Assembly: GCA_030141605.1 (NCBI GenBank)
Contig: JAQGDQ010000841.1
Coordinates: 24,817-88,816 of the forward strand
Direction: 5' to 3'
DNA length: 64,000 bases
DNA from: Tubiluchus corallicola
Taxonomy: Eukaryota > Animalia > Priapulida
Shown: positions 1-13,799 of the stretch, in pieces
How positions within the stretch are numbered: position 1 is the first letter of the stretch
Layout: each line of letters starts with the position of its first letter
Made by a program: the position numbers and the translations under genes
Notes under the pieces: generated by a model
What the model was told of the DNA's origin: nothing
Seen by the model: the letters and a program-made list of their open reading frames with translations, nothing else
Database searches by the model: none

Positions 1-456
1 TAGTTTATTGATAACCAAACTAATATTTGCATGTTTATCAGGGATAGCAGAATTGAAACATTACATACTTTTCTACTTTTCAGAAAACAGCAACATTATA
101 CAAAGGTTAAAAAAGTTCACAATAACAAATTTTCATTCAGTTTCAGCAAAAAAAACATGATAACTAAGCTGTGCTTACAGAATTGAAACACTTCATTATA
201 GTAATTGCAGAAATTAGTGTCTTTTCTTATTCATAGGCTTTTCAAATATTGAAACAGATCTCAAATTCAAAATTGCTAATCATAATTGACGTTAAGGACG
301 TAAAGTCTACACTGTTGAATCTTCTAGTTTCAGGTGTTAAATGACAGCCTATCAAAACGTGATTTTCAGTTTAGGTTTCTCCACAATTGCAGAGTCTCTG
401 TCTTCTATCTACGTAGCGCCATCTATCGGTTTCAACTTTCAAATAGTGCGCCCCAT

Positions 457-592
457 ATCATCATAGCATACGCCCGTCACGTCTATTGTAGACATTGGAC
501 AGGCAGAATTCTAAAATAAAAGAGGTAAACGCAGCAGTAATCCAGCAAGAAACTAGACACTGCTACGCCAGTGGCTTGTCAGCACCACTTCC
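457..592 (-). mobile_element. Short RTE-type retroposon (SINE-like or LINE 3' end), copy 1
   Basis: Near-identical to 32018-32207, 38667-38829 and 44100-44260; (TGA)n tail preceded by a GCCC-GTCTA-caa-TAGAC-GGGC stem-loop. Confidence 0.65.
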
Positions 593-675
593 GATATGAT
601 ATCGCGTATAGGCAATGCGTTACATTTCAAGTGTTGAACGGGTGCTATTCCTGTGCTTAACAAGCAATTGTTTAA

Positions 676-1230
676 AGCATCACGGGACCCAATCTTGAAC
701 TGTGGGTCAAAACAATCTGCTCTTTAGAATATTGAAAGCAAATATACTATTTTTGTTAAAATGACTTACGTGAAAGAATTATTACCACACAAGCACAGTT
801 TCACGTTGGTGCCACTTGTTAAACGGGCACTAGCGCCTGCATTTCGGAAACGCATTGCACAAGAAACTCAGGTGCTGTACCTCTCAGTTCAGGTGTTTTA
901 GTTTGTGATGAACTACACACGTTCGACATCTCATGCGTGAGCACAGAGGTAAATTTGAAATTTAAATTTTTATCTTAAAACTTGCCTAGTTTTAGTACAA
1001 CACACTGAATATCTTACAGTAGCACTGTACTTCAATTTTCCCTTTCGCAAACACGCGCAACACGCTTGTGGCATATTTTTGCCGTTGAAAATTATGTTCG
1101 TTTGTGATGTCATCAATAGTTGAACTCGCACGCCTTTAATTAAGTTTTTAATGTATTATTTAATTATAAGAGACGCTTTTGCATTATCGGTTGTGTCAAA
1201 ATGTATACTTTTTAGCGGACTTGAAAGCAG
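676..1230. mobile_element. Kolobok-like MITE family, copy
   Basis: Starts TTAA|AG; shares a ~580-bp body (GGGCACTAGCGCCTGCATTT, TCTTAAAACTTGCC) with copies at 8319, 28318, 42608, 52326 and 62768. Confidence 0.6.
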
Positions 1231-1907
1231 CTATGATAGTATGACTGATAATAGAATTAGGGCCTTCAAGTGTTCCATCCAGTCTTTACGTTAGCTGTAA
1301 TGGCAAGTCGGTGGTTCACATCTGTTTTTTCTACCTGTTGTCTATTTTACAGGCCTGTTCTTGCATTTAGCTCAAGCTCTTTTTATGCCTGTGATATTAT
1401 TGCCAACAGCTGGGCGTGATCAACAACAAATATCCTAACGGGATAATCATCTTGAACCCAGGCGGCAAATTTTGAGCATTGAAATAAAAATAGCAGTTGA
1501 TTCTGGCTTGATTAGTTCGAGAGATTCTACTCTCAATTAATTCAAATTTAACAGTAAATTTGAGCCTTCTACTAAACATTTTACCAAAAAAGTTTGGTTG
1601 GGGCCGTTTTATTTTTTATTTCTTTGTATTATTGTAACTGGTAACTGAAGTTGAAACAGCATTTGTGCTGTATGAGTCATAAGCATACCGATTAATCACG
1701 TGTTCAAGTCATGCGCAAAAACGATTTGATAAGAAGTAAACTTTAGACAGCGTGTAAATAATCTGCCTTGAACATAATTGTAGAGCGCAAATAGTAGTGA
1801 CTTATATTAAACGTGAAAGCACTGGTCGTCAGGTAACCCGCTACAGACGAGATTTTATGTTACCCGACTAGTTGCAAATTCGCGTGCTTAATTTTACAAG
1901 ATTCAAA

Positions 1908-3482
1908 ATGGCAGTATCAGCTGAAGCATGTTTGATGCTAAAATCCTGGATGCAATGGAAAATTGAAGCAAAAGGTTTAAGCATGTGCACAACAGCGGCG
2001 ACTATGACGACATGTGTGATGTGACATTTCGTCTGGGTAAAACTCTTATTAATTCTAATAGGTATATTCTTAGTTTGAACAGTGATGTTTTCAAGAAAAT
2101 GTTCTATGGACCTTTGCGTCATAAGCTTGATGATGTACTAGCAATACCTGATGAACTAAGAGTCTTTTTCTTACTTGTAGAGTAGATTTACACTGATCAT
2201 GCAACACTCAATGGTGAAACCGTACCTGCGGCATTGTATGTTACTAAAAACTACAGAATCCCCGAGGACGTGAAGATCTTGCCAGGTTCTTCCTGAATTC
2301 CAACATAGACTTACCATTGAAAAACCTAGAAGATCACAACTACACAATTCTTGATCCTAAATTAATACCGAATGAAGTAAGACAAGAACACAGCTCTCTA
2401 CAAAGTAAGTCAACTACGATATCAATGCAGTATGCTGATGATGAGGCATGGATTACAAGAAACAAAGAAGAAGCAGATGAAATAAAAAGCTCAATAGAGG
2501 AGAAACTGAACAGAATGGATCTCGTTATAAACAAAAATAAAACTGAAGAGTTTCATATAACACGCCATGGTGATGAATCATGGCAAAGATACAAGTATCT
2601 CAGTAGTCTGCTGGCAACAGAGGACGACATATTAAGACGAAAGATAATGGCATTATCAGCTTACTCAAAACTTACCAAAGGTTTTGAGAATAGGAAGATT
2701 TCTTTGGAAACAAAAATTAGAATATTCTCAGTCGAAACTGTATTTCTGTATAACTCTGAGCTCTGGACATTAAAAGCAAATCATTGCAGAGTGTAGGGAG
2801 TCCTGGCATAGAGAGGTGAGCAGAATCATGTCCCTGGACGTTTGATTCAGTGAAGAAGAAGAACATTAGCCAGGACAATGTGTGCATTGTTTTAACAACA
2901 ACTTCATTTCAAGGGGAAAAGACGTAGAGATGAAATGTTTGCAAGTCATAGATGCAGAAACAGAAGCGGTGATCAAATCAGTTACAGTAAGCTTCAATGC
3001 GTTAAGTTATGAAACATTGACGATTATTGTGAAAAGGTGATGAACTGACCATAGATGAAGGAATGTTATTTGAACAAGTTCCTAGATGGGCTGATGCTGA
3101 GTGTGAATGGAGAAAATTAGAAGGCAACATTGTTAACAAGAGGAAAGTCTTGGGTGTCATTCTGTAACAAATTAGTTCCCCGACAATGAACGAAGAGCCA
3201 TTTGCAGAATTAGCCATAAAAACTAAAATGTTGACCGGCAGAAAAATTTCCGTTGTTGTGTTTCTGCATCATCACGGCAAGGAAGTTGCATCTCAATCAT
3301 TGTTTCATGTAAGAGAAAGAAAGTGCTATAGAGACTCTTTTTCTTTACTGTTTACTGTTCCAGTTAGTAAGCTAACTAATGCAGAAAAGGAGCTTGTCAA
3401 CATCACATACTACATAACAACATTGCTCGTTTCTGAACCAAAGTATGATATGGGGTATAAGCTGTGGACGTGCAAAATGTGA
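1908..3482 (+). pseudogene. BTB-BACK (BTBD1/2/3/6-like) pseudogene, intronless, split by a LINE insertion
   Basis: BTB: MCDVTFRLG..YILSLNSDVFKKMFYGPL..LLVE*IYTD..AALYVTKNY; BACK: NVCIVL..KCLQVIDAETEAVIKS..ELTIDEGMLFEQVPRWADAEC..KRKVLG..PTM; in-frame stops and frameshifts. Confidence 0.8.
2270..2850 (+). mobile_element. RTE-clade LINE reverse-transcriptase fragment
   Basis: ORF 2317-2796 with YADD, LVINKNKTE, YKYLSS, ISLETKIRIF..FLYNSELWTL motifs typical of the RTE RT/thumb region. Confidence 0.8.
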
Positions 3483-4219
3483 CAGTACTGGAACTGAAGG
3501 AAGCTACCGGGGACGCTTGACATTCAGCATCTTGACGCGTTGCTTATCAACTTCTTTTGACCAACTAATGGACATTTACTAAATTTCTCAATTATGATGA
3601 AGATAAATCAATCAGAAACTTAAACACTGTGCACCTCACAGATAAATGTGTGGTCGGGCTGATCTATCAGTGAGGTGCACAGCTTCTTTAGTATCTGATT
3701 GATTTATCTTCATTGTAATTGAGAAATTCAATCCAGTAAATGTCCAGTAGTTGATCGAAAAAAGTTTATAAGCAACGCGTCAAGACACCGAATGTCAAGC
3801 GTCCTCCATAGCTTCCTTCAGTTCCAGTACTGTCACATTTTGCACGTCCACTGCTTATACTCCACATCATACTTTGGTTCAGAAACGAACAACGTTGTTT
3901 TGTGATGCGAAATGTTGACACTTTCCCCTTCTGCATTAGTTATCTTACTGACTGGAACAGTAAACAAAAAACTAAAAAGTCTCTTGAGCACTTTCTTCTA
4001 CAGGAAACACTGATTGAGATGCTACTTGCTTGCCGTGACGATGCAGAAACACAACATCAGAAATTTCTCTGCCGGTCAACATTTTAGTTTTTATGGCTGA
4101 TACTACAACTGATTTATTATCCATTGTCGGAAATCTAATTTGATACAGAATGACAGGTAAGACTTCAATTTTGTTAGCAATGTTGCCTTCTAATTTTCTC
4201 CATTCAGACTCAGCATCAT
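3093..4219. repeat. Inverted repeat, ~550-bp arms (3093-3645 / 3665-4219), ~20-nt loop
   Basis: The reverse complement of 3665-4219 aligns with the BACK-domain part of the pseudogene, with scattered mismatches. Confidence 0.9.
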
Positions 4220-4489
4220 GAACATCAAACCTGCAGGCTTAATTAACGATGGTGAAATTCGTATCAAACTGCATTTTCAACTTCCATAAGCAGATGCAGA
4301 AATTTAATGATCCTGGTGTTGTGCTGTTTATTTGCCTGGGCATTATACATACGTAAACAAACAATGATATAAAAGGAAATACAGACGAAAACATAAAATT
4401 GTCCAACAAAGTCATTAATTTTTATTTATCACAAGAACAACAACAGCAGCAAAATTAATAAATAACCAAACCCTGCAAAAAAATGACAA

Positions 4490-4685
4490 AAAATGACAAA
4501 CCATGCCACATCACCCACACCACACTACATCACACCACACCCACAACAACATCCACGCAGCACTCCACCAACACCAAAAATAACACTACACCATCCACAA
4601 CACACAACTCTACACCACATCACCCACATCGTACCACCCCACCATACTACCCACAAAACATCATTCACACCACACCACCTACACT
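4490..4685. repeat. Low-complexity CA-rich (CACAC/CCACA) tract
   Basis: Degenerate pentameric C/A repeats. Confidence 0.7.
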
Positions 4686-5989
4686 TTTTTTGGTGATCTA
4701 ACGTTCATGTTTTTTATAATTCAATGTTATTTCGTGTAGCATAGATTTTTTTTGTAACTGTAAATATTTTAAATGTACCTGAATATTTTAACTGAATTTC
4801 ACAAATCAGCATTAGGCCATTTGCATGTTTTTAGTTTGGAAAGGTTTAACTAGATTGCAGCATAATTATAATAATTTATAGATTATGACGTAATTCAGTG
4901 GCATTACATCAGTGTCAGTCATTTAGGTTTTGCAGTAACATTGTTGATTTTTTAATTTTGGTTTTGTTATTATTCAATTCTCCAATTGTGGAATTATCAT
5001 TTTTACCTTGTTCAAGGATTCATCTAATGCTGAACATTTAATCCACTTAACTTGTTTTTTGTTGCTGTTTATGTCATTAATTAAGTCTTATCATTGTGAG
5101 CATAGCTAATAAGTTAATTTATTCTCCTACGCTCATAGCACTGCAATGCATTGTTAATTTGTAATTGTGTAACTTGTAGTTTTTTGTATAATTCTGCTAA
5201 ATGAATGAATAAATAAATCCAAATCTAGGGTCTTTATGAATTTTGAGAAAAGTACATAATTCAATTTTATTATTTTTGATTAGCGATCGTCGGCACTGCA
5301 TGCGAAAATTTTATAAACAGAACTGAGTTGGGGTGGCTGATATGATAACGCATGTTCCTCGCCACCCCCTTCCCATTTGATTGGCTATTATAATTATGTT
5401 ACTAAATTTTAATTGATGTTGTAGGTGGAAAAATAATAAATGATTTGATTTGATTTGAAACAAGTTTAGATAACATTGTGTAAAGTTTGGAAAAATAATC
5501 AAGAATTCGCCGGGCATGAGTTACTAAGTAAAATTGTAAATTACTGTATCTTGTCAATAAGAATAAAATACACTTTCGGTTAGTGTGTGGTGCACCTGGA
5601 GGGTAATCAGCAACATTTTACCAATTGATGAAAGCATATTAAGTAATCAATAATTTCCTTTTCTAGCTACACAAGTCTTTCAAACAGGTAAGCGAAATGC
5701 CAACTAACATAACTTTGCATGGAAAGTTTTTTGGGACATAGTTTAACATCTTCTTTTCTTTCACTGATTTGCGCCATGCATATATGGCGTTATATGATGG
5801 TGCGGTCAGAAAAGTATTGCTGGAGATTTAAAACGAAGAAAAAACAAAAAATCCTTTCAACAAGAGTACGATATACGCGTAAAATTGCTATGAAGTAATT
5901 TTGTTTTTTTAAGCTATTTTTCTGAAATCAACTTCAGGTACGTCTTTTCTTGTCTTTTAAGATTTTTGAGATTTATTTATTCATCTATT

Positions 5990-6480
5990 TAGCAATAGCC
6001 TCGCGACTAAAAGCGGCTCGTGGAAAGAGAAGGAATTTTGGTACCGGTATTGTTGGCCTTGGAAAGAGAGGGAATTTCGCGGCATTACGTCACGAACATG
6101 GGCGAAGGCTTCAGGCTGCGCTAATAGTTAATTTTTGGAAACCGGAGTTTGTGAATCATCTTTATCGATTAATGCTTTGTAGTTCTGACTCACGAGTGTT
6201 ATACTAATAGCAACTGGTTGGGACACATGCTGCAAAAGCAAACAAAGCGTTTGGTGTATATTGAACTGATTTTAGCAGCTCCGGCCGCTTCGGTCAAGTG
6301 GTTAGTGTTCCCAATGAATGAAGATTAGCAAAAATGTGCACGCGCGTAAATCTTTTTCCTCGTTGACTTCAGTGTAACTCATTATAATGAACGTTCGCCG
6401 TTTAGTTATGACAGTATAAAACCAGTGCAGTTGTGGATAATGTTTTCTGTACTTTTACTTAATCACGTGTCCTGAATTTG
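5990..6480 (+). promoter_or_regulatory. Possible promoter and non-coding first exon of DCLK
   Basis: Locally CpG-richer segment ending at a strong donor TTG|GTAAGT (6481); the link to DCLK is inferred only. Confidence 0.3.
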
Positions 6481-8318
6481 GTAAGTACCAAATAATAACC
6501 ATAATTAATAAAAAGGTGTACATCGTCTAAATAATAATGTACTGCCAACTTCTTGTAAAGCTTTTAAATTAGGCTTATTGGAGTAGAGTATACTTCGTGC
6601 ATGCATACTACGCTAATCTACACTTAAGCCAAAAATAATAATTAATATAAACACTGGGGCTTTGATATGGTTAATAATAATACTAGGACGAGCATTGTAC
6701 CATGTGTGTACTGTAGTTTATTTTATACTGATCTCAAGTACATTTAAATCAAGACTAAAAACAACTTAGTAACCGTGCTGCGCACATATGACTTGTATGT
6801 ATTACCAACCCATTGCATTGCAGTTACCGGCCCAAGGTGACACCTAACTTGTATCACGATTAAATGGCCTTTATTCTGCCACCTGCTGCCTTCAGTGCCC
6901 AGCTTGCCCATAGATTAGCATGGGCCCGTATGCTCTTGCGGTTCCTGGGTAAGTGCCCAGCTTGCCCATAGATTAAGACAATCCTGAAGCTGACAGTAAA
7001 AATATGTTTGTTTCCATCTAGTTGCCCGGCTAATATTATTTTTATCGCGCACCCGGAATTATGGAAATTGTAATTTTTTTTGTATAAAATCGTATTTTTC
7101 AATCTAAAACTTAATATGCAATCATTTTTTATAACATCGTTCTTCGCGCAGGATGCGGCGACGTTTTTCCACGGCTAACTCTCGTCCAGGGTTGCCATTT
7201 TGTATGATGCTCATCAGATTGGAGGTTAAAAGTATAGAATTTTTCACCAAATCGGTGTATTAAGAGCCGAGTAGTGTTGCCGCTTATACCATAATTATCA
7301 GAACATACACGTTCATGATACAAAAAAGAGACTATATAATATTCAATTATTATAAGATAATTTAGTAATGCGAATCTAAAAAACAAAGTGTGAAAAAATC
7401 TGCATTGGATAAAATTACTGCTAACCGGCGGGAAATAAACAAACTTTGATTTCAACTTCGTATTTTCAAACCTGATTCCGTATTTAGGTGAACAGTGTTT
7501 GAGGCTTTTCCTGCGCAGTATTTCTTATTTGTATTACATTCATTGTAGGCCCTTTCACTAGATATTGTACATGAAACTATTGTAAATGTATTGTAAACTT
7601 ATGACTTACAACTGATTTTAAATATTTCACGATTCAGCTTTAAACATTCGCAAAGCTTTAAAAAAAGTTTCCTCCCTCCCTACTGACATCTTATGAGCTC
7701 ATAAGGTAAAACAGAAACAATTTTTTTGTGACTAGGTTAAGTTTAAAATGTGAATACCCAGGCATATTTTTGCTGCGAATATAAAACGATTTTACTAAGT
7801 TTTGCACAACGCGCTGAAACTTTCTAAAATTTTTCTTTCAAGGGCATTAAAATAAGGTCACCTTTCCTGGAGGCTAGCGTAGTGTTTGTAGCTTAGCATG
7901 ACTAGCCATATACGGATAAGTATTAAAACATGTAGGATTGTAGGTGTAAATTTTAACTAGTTTATTGGTTTGTTGCACGGCCTACTGAACTCAGTAACAT
8001 TTGGGTCGTCTTGTTCTTATTGTAACAGCTAAGCTATCGTTTCCAAGTGCTCGACGAATGTGTAGATATTGCGAGCAATGCCACATATAGTGCAGATACT
8101 GTTTGCGAAATTTGATTTTTATTTTAACAAATTGAAGAGTTTAGTGTAACAATTTCTTGTCAGCATGTGACTTACTTTGGTACGTAATTTGATTTTGCTG
8201 TTATTAACTCTTATTTTCGTCTTCATACTTGTTTTTTTGGCTGCTTACTCATACTATTTAAACTCTTTGAACTATTCATTATCAGCAGTTCAGCATTCTG
8301 CACAGCATTTGACTTTAA

Positions 8319-8925
8319 AGCAAAACTGGACCCAATCTTAAACTGCAAATCAAAACAATCTACTCTTTAAAATATTGAAATGAAATATACCATTTTTTCA
8401 AAAACGACTTGCGTGAAAGAATTGTTACCACGCAAACACAATTTCGCATTTGCATCACTAGTTCTTCGCTGTTACATGCATTTCACCATTTGTTGGTTAG
8501 ATGGGCACTAGCGCCTGCATTTTGGAAACATTTTGTACAAAAAAACAGGTGCTGTACCTCTCAATTCAGAGGTGTTTGTTTGTGATGTCGTGCATGAACA
8601 TAGCAGTAAATTTGAAATTTGAATTTTTATCTTAAAACTTGCCTTGTTTTACTACAACACACCGAATATCTTCCAATAGCACTGTACTTCAATTTTTGCT
8701 TTTGCAAACATGTGCAGCACTCACGGAATTTTTTTGCTATTAAAAATTATGTTAGTTTGTGATGTCATCAATAGTTGGGCTCGTTCGCTGTTAAATAAGA
8801 TTTTTATCTATCATTTAATTATCAGAAGTGTTTCTGCTGTGTTACTTGTGTTAAAATGTATACATTTTATCAGAATTAAAAATGGGGTAGTATATGAAAA
8901 ATCATCCCGTCTTCCTAGATCTTAA
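8319..8925. mobile_element. Kolobok-like MITE family, copy
   Basis: TTAA|AGCAAAACTGGACCC start; ends AAATCATCCCG..TTAA. Confidence 0.65.
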
Positions 8926-9644
8926 GATTATAAGTATAATCTTACATTATTATTATTATTATTATACAATTATAGTTATAATCTCGTTAAATTTTGCATT
9001 TGTTCATTGCAAACATTATAATCTGAAGAAGCTGTGCTGCTCAACCTATTCCAATCATACATGCAAATTTAAGATAAAATTGATGTAAACTTTTTAATGT
9101 GTGTTTGCAAATTAATTTAGTTATTTAGATTATCTAGTTTTTTGCCTCTCTTTTCTCTTTCTATTAGTTATTTACATTTGTTATTTGCATTTCTGTTATT
9201 TCATATTGTTTTGCGGAAAAAATCTGAATGTATTTTCAACATAATTCGGACTCTCTGTGCCAGATGCTTTCTGTGGATCCAATCTAGCAAACTTATTATT
9301 GTTCCTATCAGATTATATTAGCTGTAGCCTAACTCACTGATACGGCACGAAGGGTGGCGTTTGTTTGCTGGTCTGCGTCTCTCAGACAAAGGAATTGACA
9401 CTCGACGTTCGACTGTCCGGATTTCTGACAGATGTGGGCCCTTGACAATTGCTCGGGAACCGATCATTTATAATTCATTGTGACTTGCATTTATAATGTA
9501 AGTCAGACTGTGTTTTTGCTTGGCTTTTATATGCAGCCTGGGGGCAGGTGGTGGGGCTATAAAAGCTTGTTTTATGTAAGAGGTTAATCATGCATCATTT
9601 TGTTGCTAATAAAATGTCAGTTAATGTACAGTAGGAATGATTTG

Positions 9645-9990
9645 AATATTTTTGTTGCTGTTGCTGTTGTTTTTGTTGTTGTTACTCTTCCTGTTGTTAT
9701 TGTTGTTGTTGTTGCTGTTGTTTTTGTTGTTGTTACTCTTCCTCTTGTTGTTATTGTTGCTGTTGTTGTTTTTGTTGCTGTTGTTATTGTTGTTGTTGTT
9801 GCTGTTGCTATCGTTGTTGTCGTTTTTGTTGTTGTTACTCTTCCTGCTGTTGCTCTTGTTATTGTTGCTGCTGAACATTGTTGTTGTTGTTGTTGTTTGT
9901 TGCTGTTGTTGTTGCCGTTGTCGCCACTGCCTTTGTAGTTATTGTTGTTGTTTGTTGATGTTGTTGCATCTCCTCAGTCATTGTTGTTGT
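9645..9990. repeat. (GTT/GCT)n compound microsatellite
   Basis: Direct reading; explains the poly-V/L/N spurious ORFs. Confidence 0.9.
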
Positions 9991-10119
9991 TTTTTATTTA
10001 TTTATGAAGCTAGGACCTATCACTAGACTAGTATCTCATATTGTCATAAACTATCATAATTTTTGATAAACTTTATAATTAAATCTGCAGTAAACAAAAC
10101 AACATAATGCTCATACCTG

Positions 10120-10195
10120 TGTACGTAGCAACCAAAGCTAAACATTGTCCTGGTTGGTTAGTAAATGGATAGGTGATAGGTAGGAAAATCATTCT
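10120..10195 (+). other. Degenerate 5S rRNA-like segment (probably SINE-derived)
   Basis: ACCAAAGCTAAACA..GGTTAGTAAATGGATAGGTGA..GGAA resembles the 5S internal control region; a weaker relative lies near 55640-55705. Confidence 0.35.
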
Positions 10196-10829
10196 ATGCG
10201 GTTTCATCTCCCTTATGGCTTCAGGTATTTATATGACCAAGGGAGAACTTCTGCTGGGCTTCTCTACACGTTCAGATATATGGCTAACATGACTCCATTC
10301 CTGATAATAAGAGCTCTAGATTACCGTCCTGCCACACACTGATACTGGGTTGGCTGTGTGGTTGTAGTACAGATTCATTCTTATTAAATGGAGTGTACTG
10401 CCAAGGAGTCTGAGATGCAGTGTAATGACATATTTGTTTTCGAAACTTTGATGAGAAAATGATTTTAGTAGAAGATCTAGTCTTTATTTGAGAAAGTTCA
10501 CTCATTTGCAATAATCAGTTTTTAAGTGTAAGTGAAAGCTGTGCTAAGCTAGGTAGTTCTTTCAATTCAATTCAAATTTTTATTTTGATAACTAAGACCA
10601 TATAAAATACAAATACAAAAATGAAACAAAATACAATGAAATAAAAAATTACGAGATTAAATATACATATACTGGTTAGTAAATTAAGAGCTAAATCTCC
10701 TTATATCTACTTAAATGTACGCACGATCATAAATTTTTACGATTGCAAGTGTTTTTGTTACCTACATAAACCCAAAACTGTTACATAACCCGGTTAAATT
10801 CACTAACAATAGCTGACCTGGTGCCACGA

Positions 10830-11056
10830 TAGTAGGGGGAGTCCTGCATGACAGAACAGGGCCAAGTTTTCCTCCTTGTAGCACACAGTTCAACAGCACC
10901 ACCTGTACCCATTATAGTAGGGGAGTCCAGCATGACAGAACAGGGCCAAGTTTTCCTCCTTGTAGCACACAGTTCAACAGCACCACTTGTACCCATGACA
11001 GTAGGGGGGCCCAGCATGACAGAACAGGGCCAAGTTTTCCTCCTTGTAGCACACAA
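10830..11056. repeat. 84-bp tandem repeat, ~2.7 copies
   Basis: ATGACAGAACAGGGCC at 10848, 10932 and 11016. Confidence 0.9.
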
Positions 11057-11514
11057 ACCAACATCACCACCTCATGACAGCAGGGGAATACTTATGGTTA
11101 TAATAACAGTTTTCAAGTCTAGATTTTATATATATATATATATATGTTTGTTTTTGCAAGCATGGGCCAATGGATAATTAAGGAAAATCTTTCATCTTGC
11201 TGAAAGGATTGCCCATCATTTTGCATGCATATTTTTCCGTTTTTCTGATCTGAATAATTGTAAAACTTGGACGGAAAGGAGATCCAGGACTTTCCAAGGA
11301 CAAAGTGTCGGTTGTTTCAGTTCAAATCAGTTCTGACATGAGAATGTAGCTACTTATGCGGATTGCAAGAGTTCAGATTGATTCAAAGTGTCGGAGTAGG
11401 GAAATAATTTCTTGTAAATACCAATCGTAATTTGCATTTAGAATCAAATAATGAAATTTAATGCATATCAGGGCAGTTTACATTCAATGCAAACATTATA
11501 TAGTCTGAAAATGT

Positions 11515-11660
11515 ATTATTATTATTGTTGTTGTTGTTTGTTGTTGTTGTTGTTGTTGTTGCTTGTTGTTGTTGTTGTAATTTGTTGTTGTTGTTGTTGT
11601 TATTATCATCATCATCATTATCATTATCGTCATTATCATTATTACTATTATTATTATTGT
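11515..11660. repeat. (TTG)/(ATC)/(TAT) microsatellite
   Basis: Direct reading. Confidence 0.85.
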
Positions 11661-11954
11661 AACTTTTTTATTATATAAATATACAAGTCCCTCTATTTGT
11701 AGGGAGGTCATTTTTCATACGTTTTTACATATTATCTCATTACTATTATGACATTATATTATGACCACATATATGCATTTACAAGTTTATTGGTATTGTT
11801 TCAGTTAATGTTTCAGAACTACTATAACTGTGTTACATAGATATAGACATCTCTGAGAATAGGCACTTATATAAGCTATTAATATTTAAAGAAGTTTTAG
11901 CTTTTTTGCATTATCAATTCCATTGCTTTTAGTTCTTTCACTGTTTCAATATAT

Positions 11955-12331
11955 TGTTGTTGTTGTTGGCATCCTTCTGTCTCGGAAGACAATGGAATGT
12001 GCGCCAAGAGAGTCCGATCCTTGAACGTCTCCAGGGTGCACGCCTGGGGAAGGTGTATGGAGATCCTGAGTTGCCCAGACAACAGGAACCCCCTCTCTTC
12101 CTCCCTGGTGTAGTACAAAGGAAAGCGGAGCGATACGTTTGGCACCAGGTTGGCTGCAGGAGCTGCCGGAGTCAGTGAGCATGCTGCACTGGTCCGCCTT
12201 CAGGGCTCCACTCCTGATTTGGAAGGTTTACTCCTCTACACATGGCCGTTGGGTCACTTGACCTCCTCCGCCCTCTAGCCGTTGGCTGCTTGTACAGCTC
12301 ATTCGCCTAGTGTCGAGATACAGTGTGGGCA
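11955..12331 (-). mobile_element. Non-autonomous non-LTR retroposon (possibly bipartite, RTE-derived)
   Basis: 11-bp TSD TTTCAATATAT at 11944-11954 and 12332-12342; (CAA)n tail on the minus strand; GC-rich body. Confidence 0.75.
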
Positions 12332-12591
12332 TTTCAATATATAATTTATGCATATTAATGTCTCAGCTATGATAAATGCCTTTCGGCTCCATGGATGACA
12401 CCATCTGGCATATGGCCTTCCTAAGTTCTTGGTGCACCAGCCCGCGAAAAGGTGTACTATCTATCCTATTGCAATCAAACGTGTAAATTTAGGATAAAAT
12501 CGATGCTGGCTTCTTGATGTGCGATTGCAAATTAATGGAAACTGTGCATGATAAAAATGTAACAGAACCGTCTACTACTTCCCTGCTTTGG

Positions 12592-13228
12592 CATCATGTT
12601 ACCTTGAAGATTGAGGTACTAGTAGGAGTTTTTCACATTTGTTGATGTGTAAAAGATGTCGGTAAATTGCATATTTTAATTTCATCATGTTACCTTGAAG
12701 ATTGAGGTACCAGTAGGAGTTCTTCACGTTTGTTGATGTGTAAAAGATGTCGGTAAATTGCATATTTTAATTTCATCATGTTACCTTGAAGATTGAGGTA
12801 CCAGTAGGAGTTCTTCACGTTTGTTGATGTGTTAAAGATGTCGGTAAATTGCATATTTTAATTTCATCATGTTACCTTGAAGATTGAGGTACCAGTAGGA
12901 GTTCTTCACATTTGTTGATGTGTAAAAGATGTCGGTAAATTGCATATTTTAATTTCATCATGTTACCTTGAAGATTGAGGTACCAGTAGGAGTTCTTCAC
13001 GTTTGTTGATGTGTTAAAGATGTCGGTAAATTGCATATTTTAATTTCATCATGTTACCTTGAAGATTGAGGTACCAGTAGGAGTTCTTCACATTTGTTGA
13101 TGTGTAAAAGATGTCGGTAAATTGCATATTTTAATTTCATCATGTTACCTTGAAGATTGAGGTACCAGTTGGAGTTCTTCACATTTGTTGATGTGTAGAA
13201 GATGTCGGTAAATTGCATATTTTAATTT
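12592..13228. repeat. 91-bp tandem repeat, 7 copies
   Basis: CATCATGTTACCTTGAAGATTGAGG recurring every 91 bp. Confidence 0.95.
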
Positions 13229-13799
13229 TGTATGATGTATATTAACACGTAAACATAGTTCTGTAGCATTTTTTCTAAATAATGAATTTCCATTTAAATA
13301 CAGTTTTGTAACTCAACCTTGAGTGTTATAACTTATATTTGCCCTTTCAACAGGTCTGTAACGTTTGTAGTTCCATACAAGTCTGGAACAAGTCTTAGAA
13401 TTGGTTTGTGAACTAAACGTTTACATAAGGCCACTCGATGCCACATTTTAATCAAATCTTGTCTGTTTTTTATTGTTGGTTTGTGAATTTTTAAAACGGG
13501 AAGTACGAGCGACTGAAGAAAATGATTAAACGTTCAAAGTACTGAGAATACATAACGATATTTACTTTAAAAACAGATAATCTTATAAAGGTATCTTTAT
13601 AGTAACCATAAAACATATTTGTGGCAGTTTCAATCCTGTTACAAAGTATCATAGGTTTCTCCCTTGAGCTATAAAACAAACTTTCGATAAAAAATTACTA
13701 CTTAATACCATATTTTCATGCTAACCAGTTTTCGTTTTTCAGGTGTGCTGTCTAATGCATCACTGTTAACTGTCTTGGACAACGGTCAAGAGACCCACC

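Noticed and set aside
9600-10026. Poly-Leu/Val/Asn ORFs
   Set aside because: Translations of a trinucleotide microsatellite
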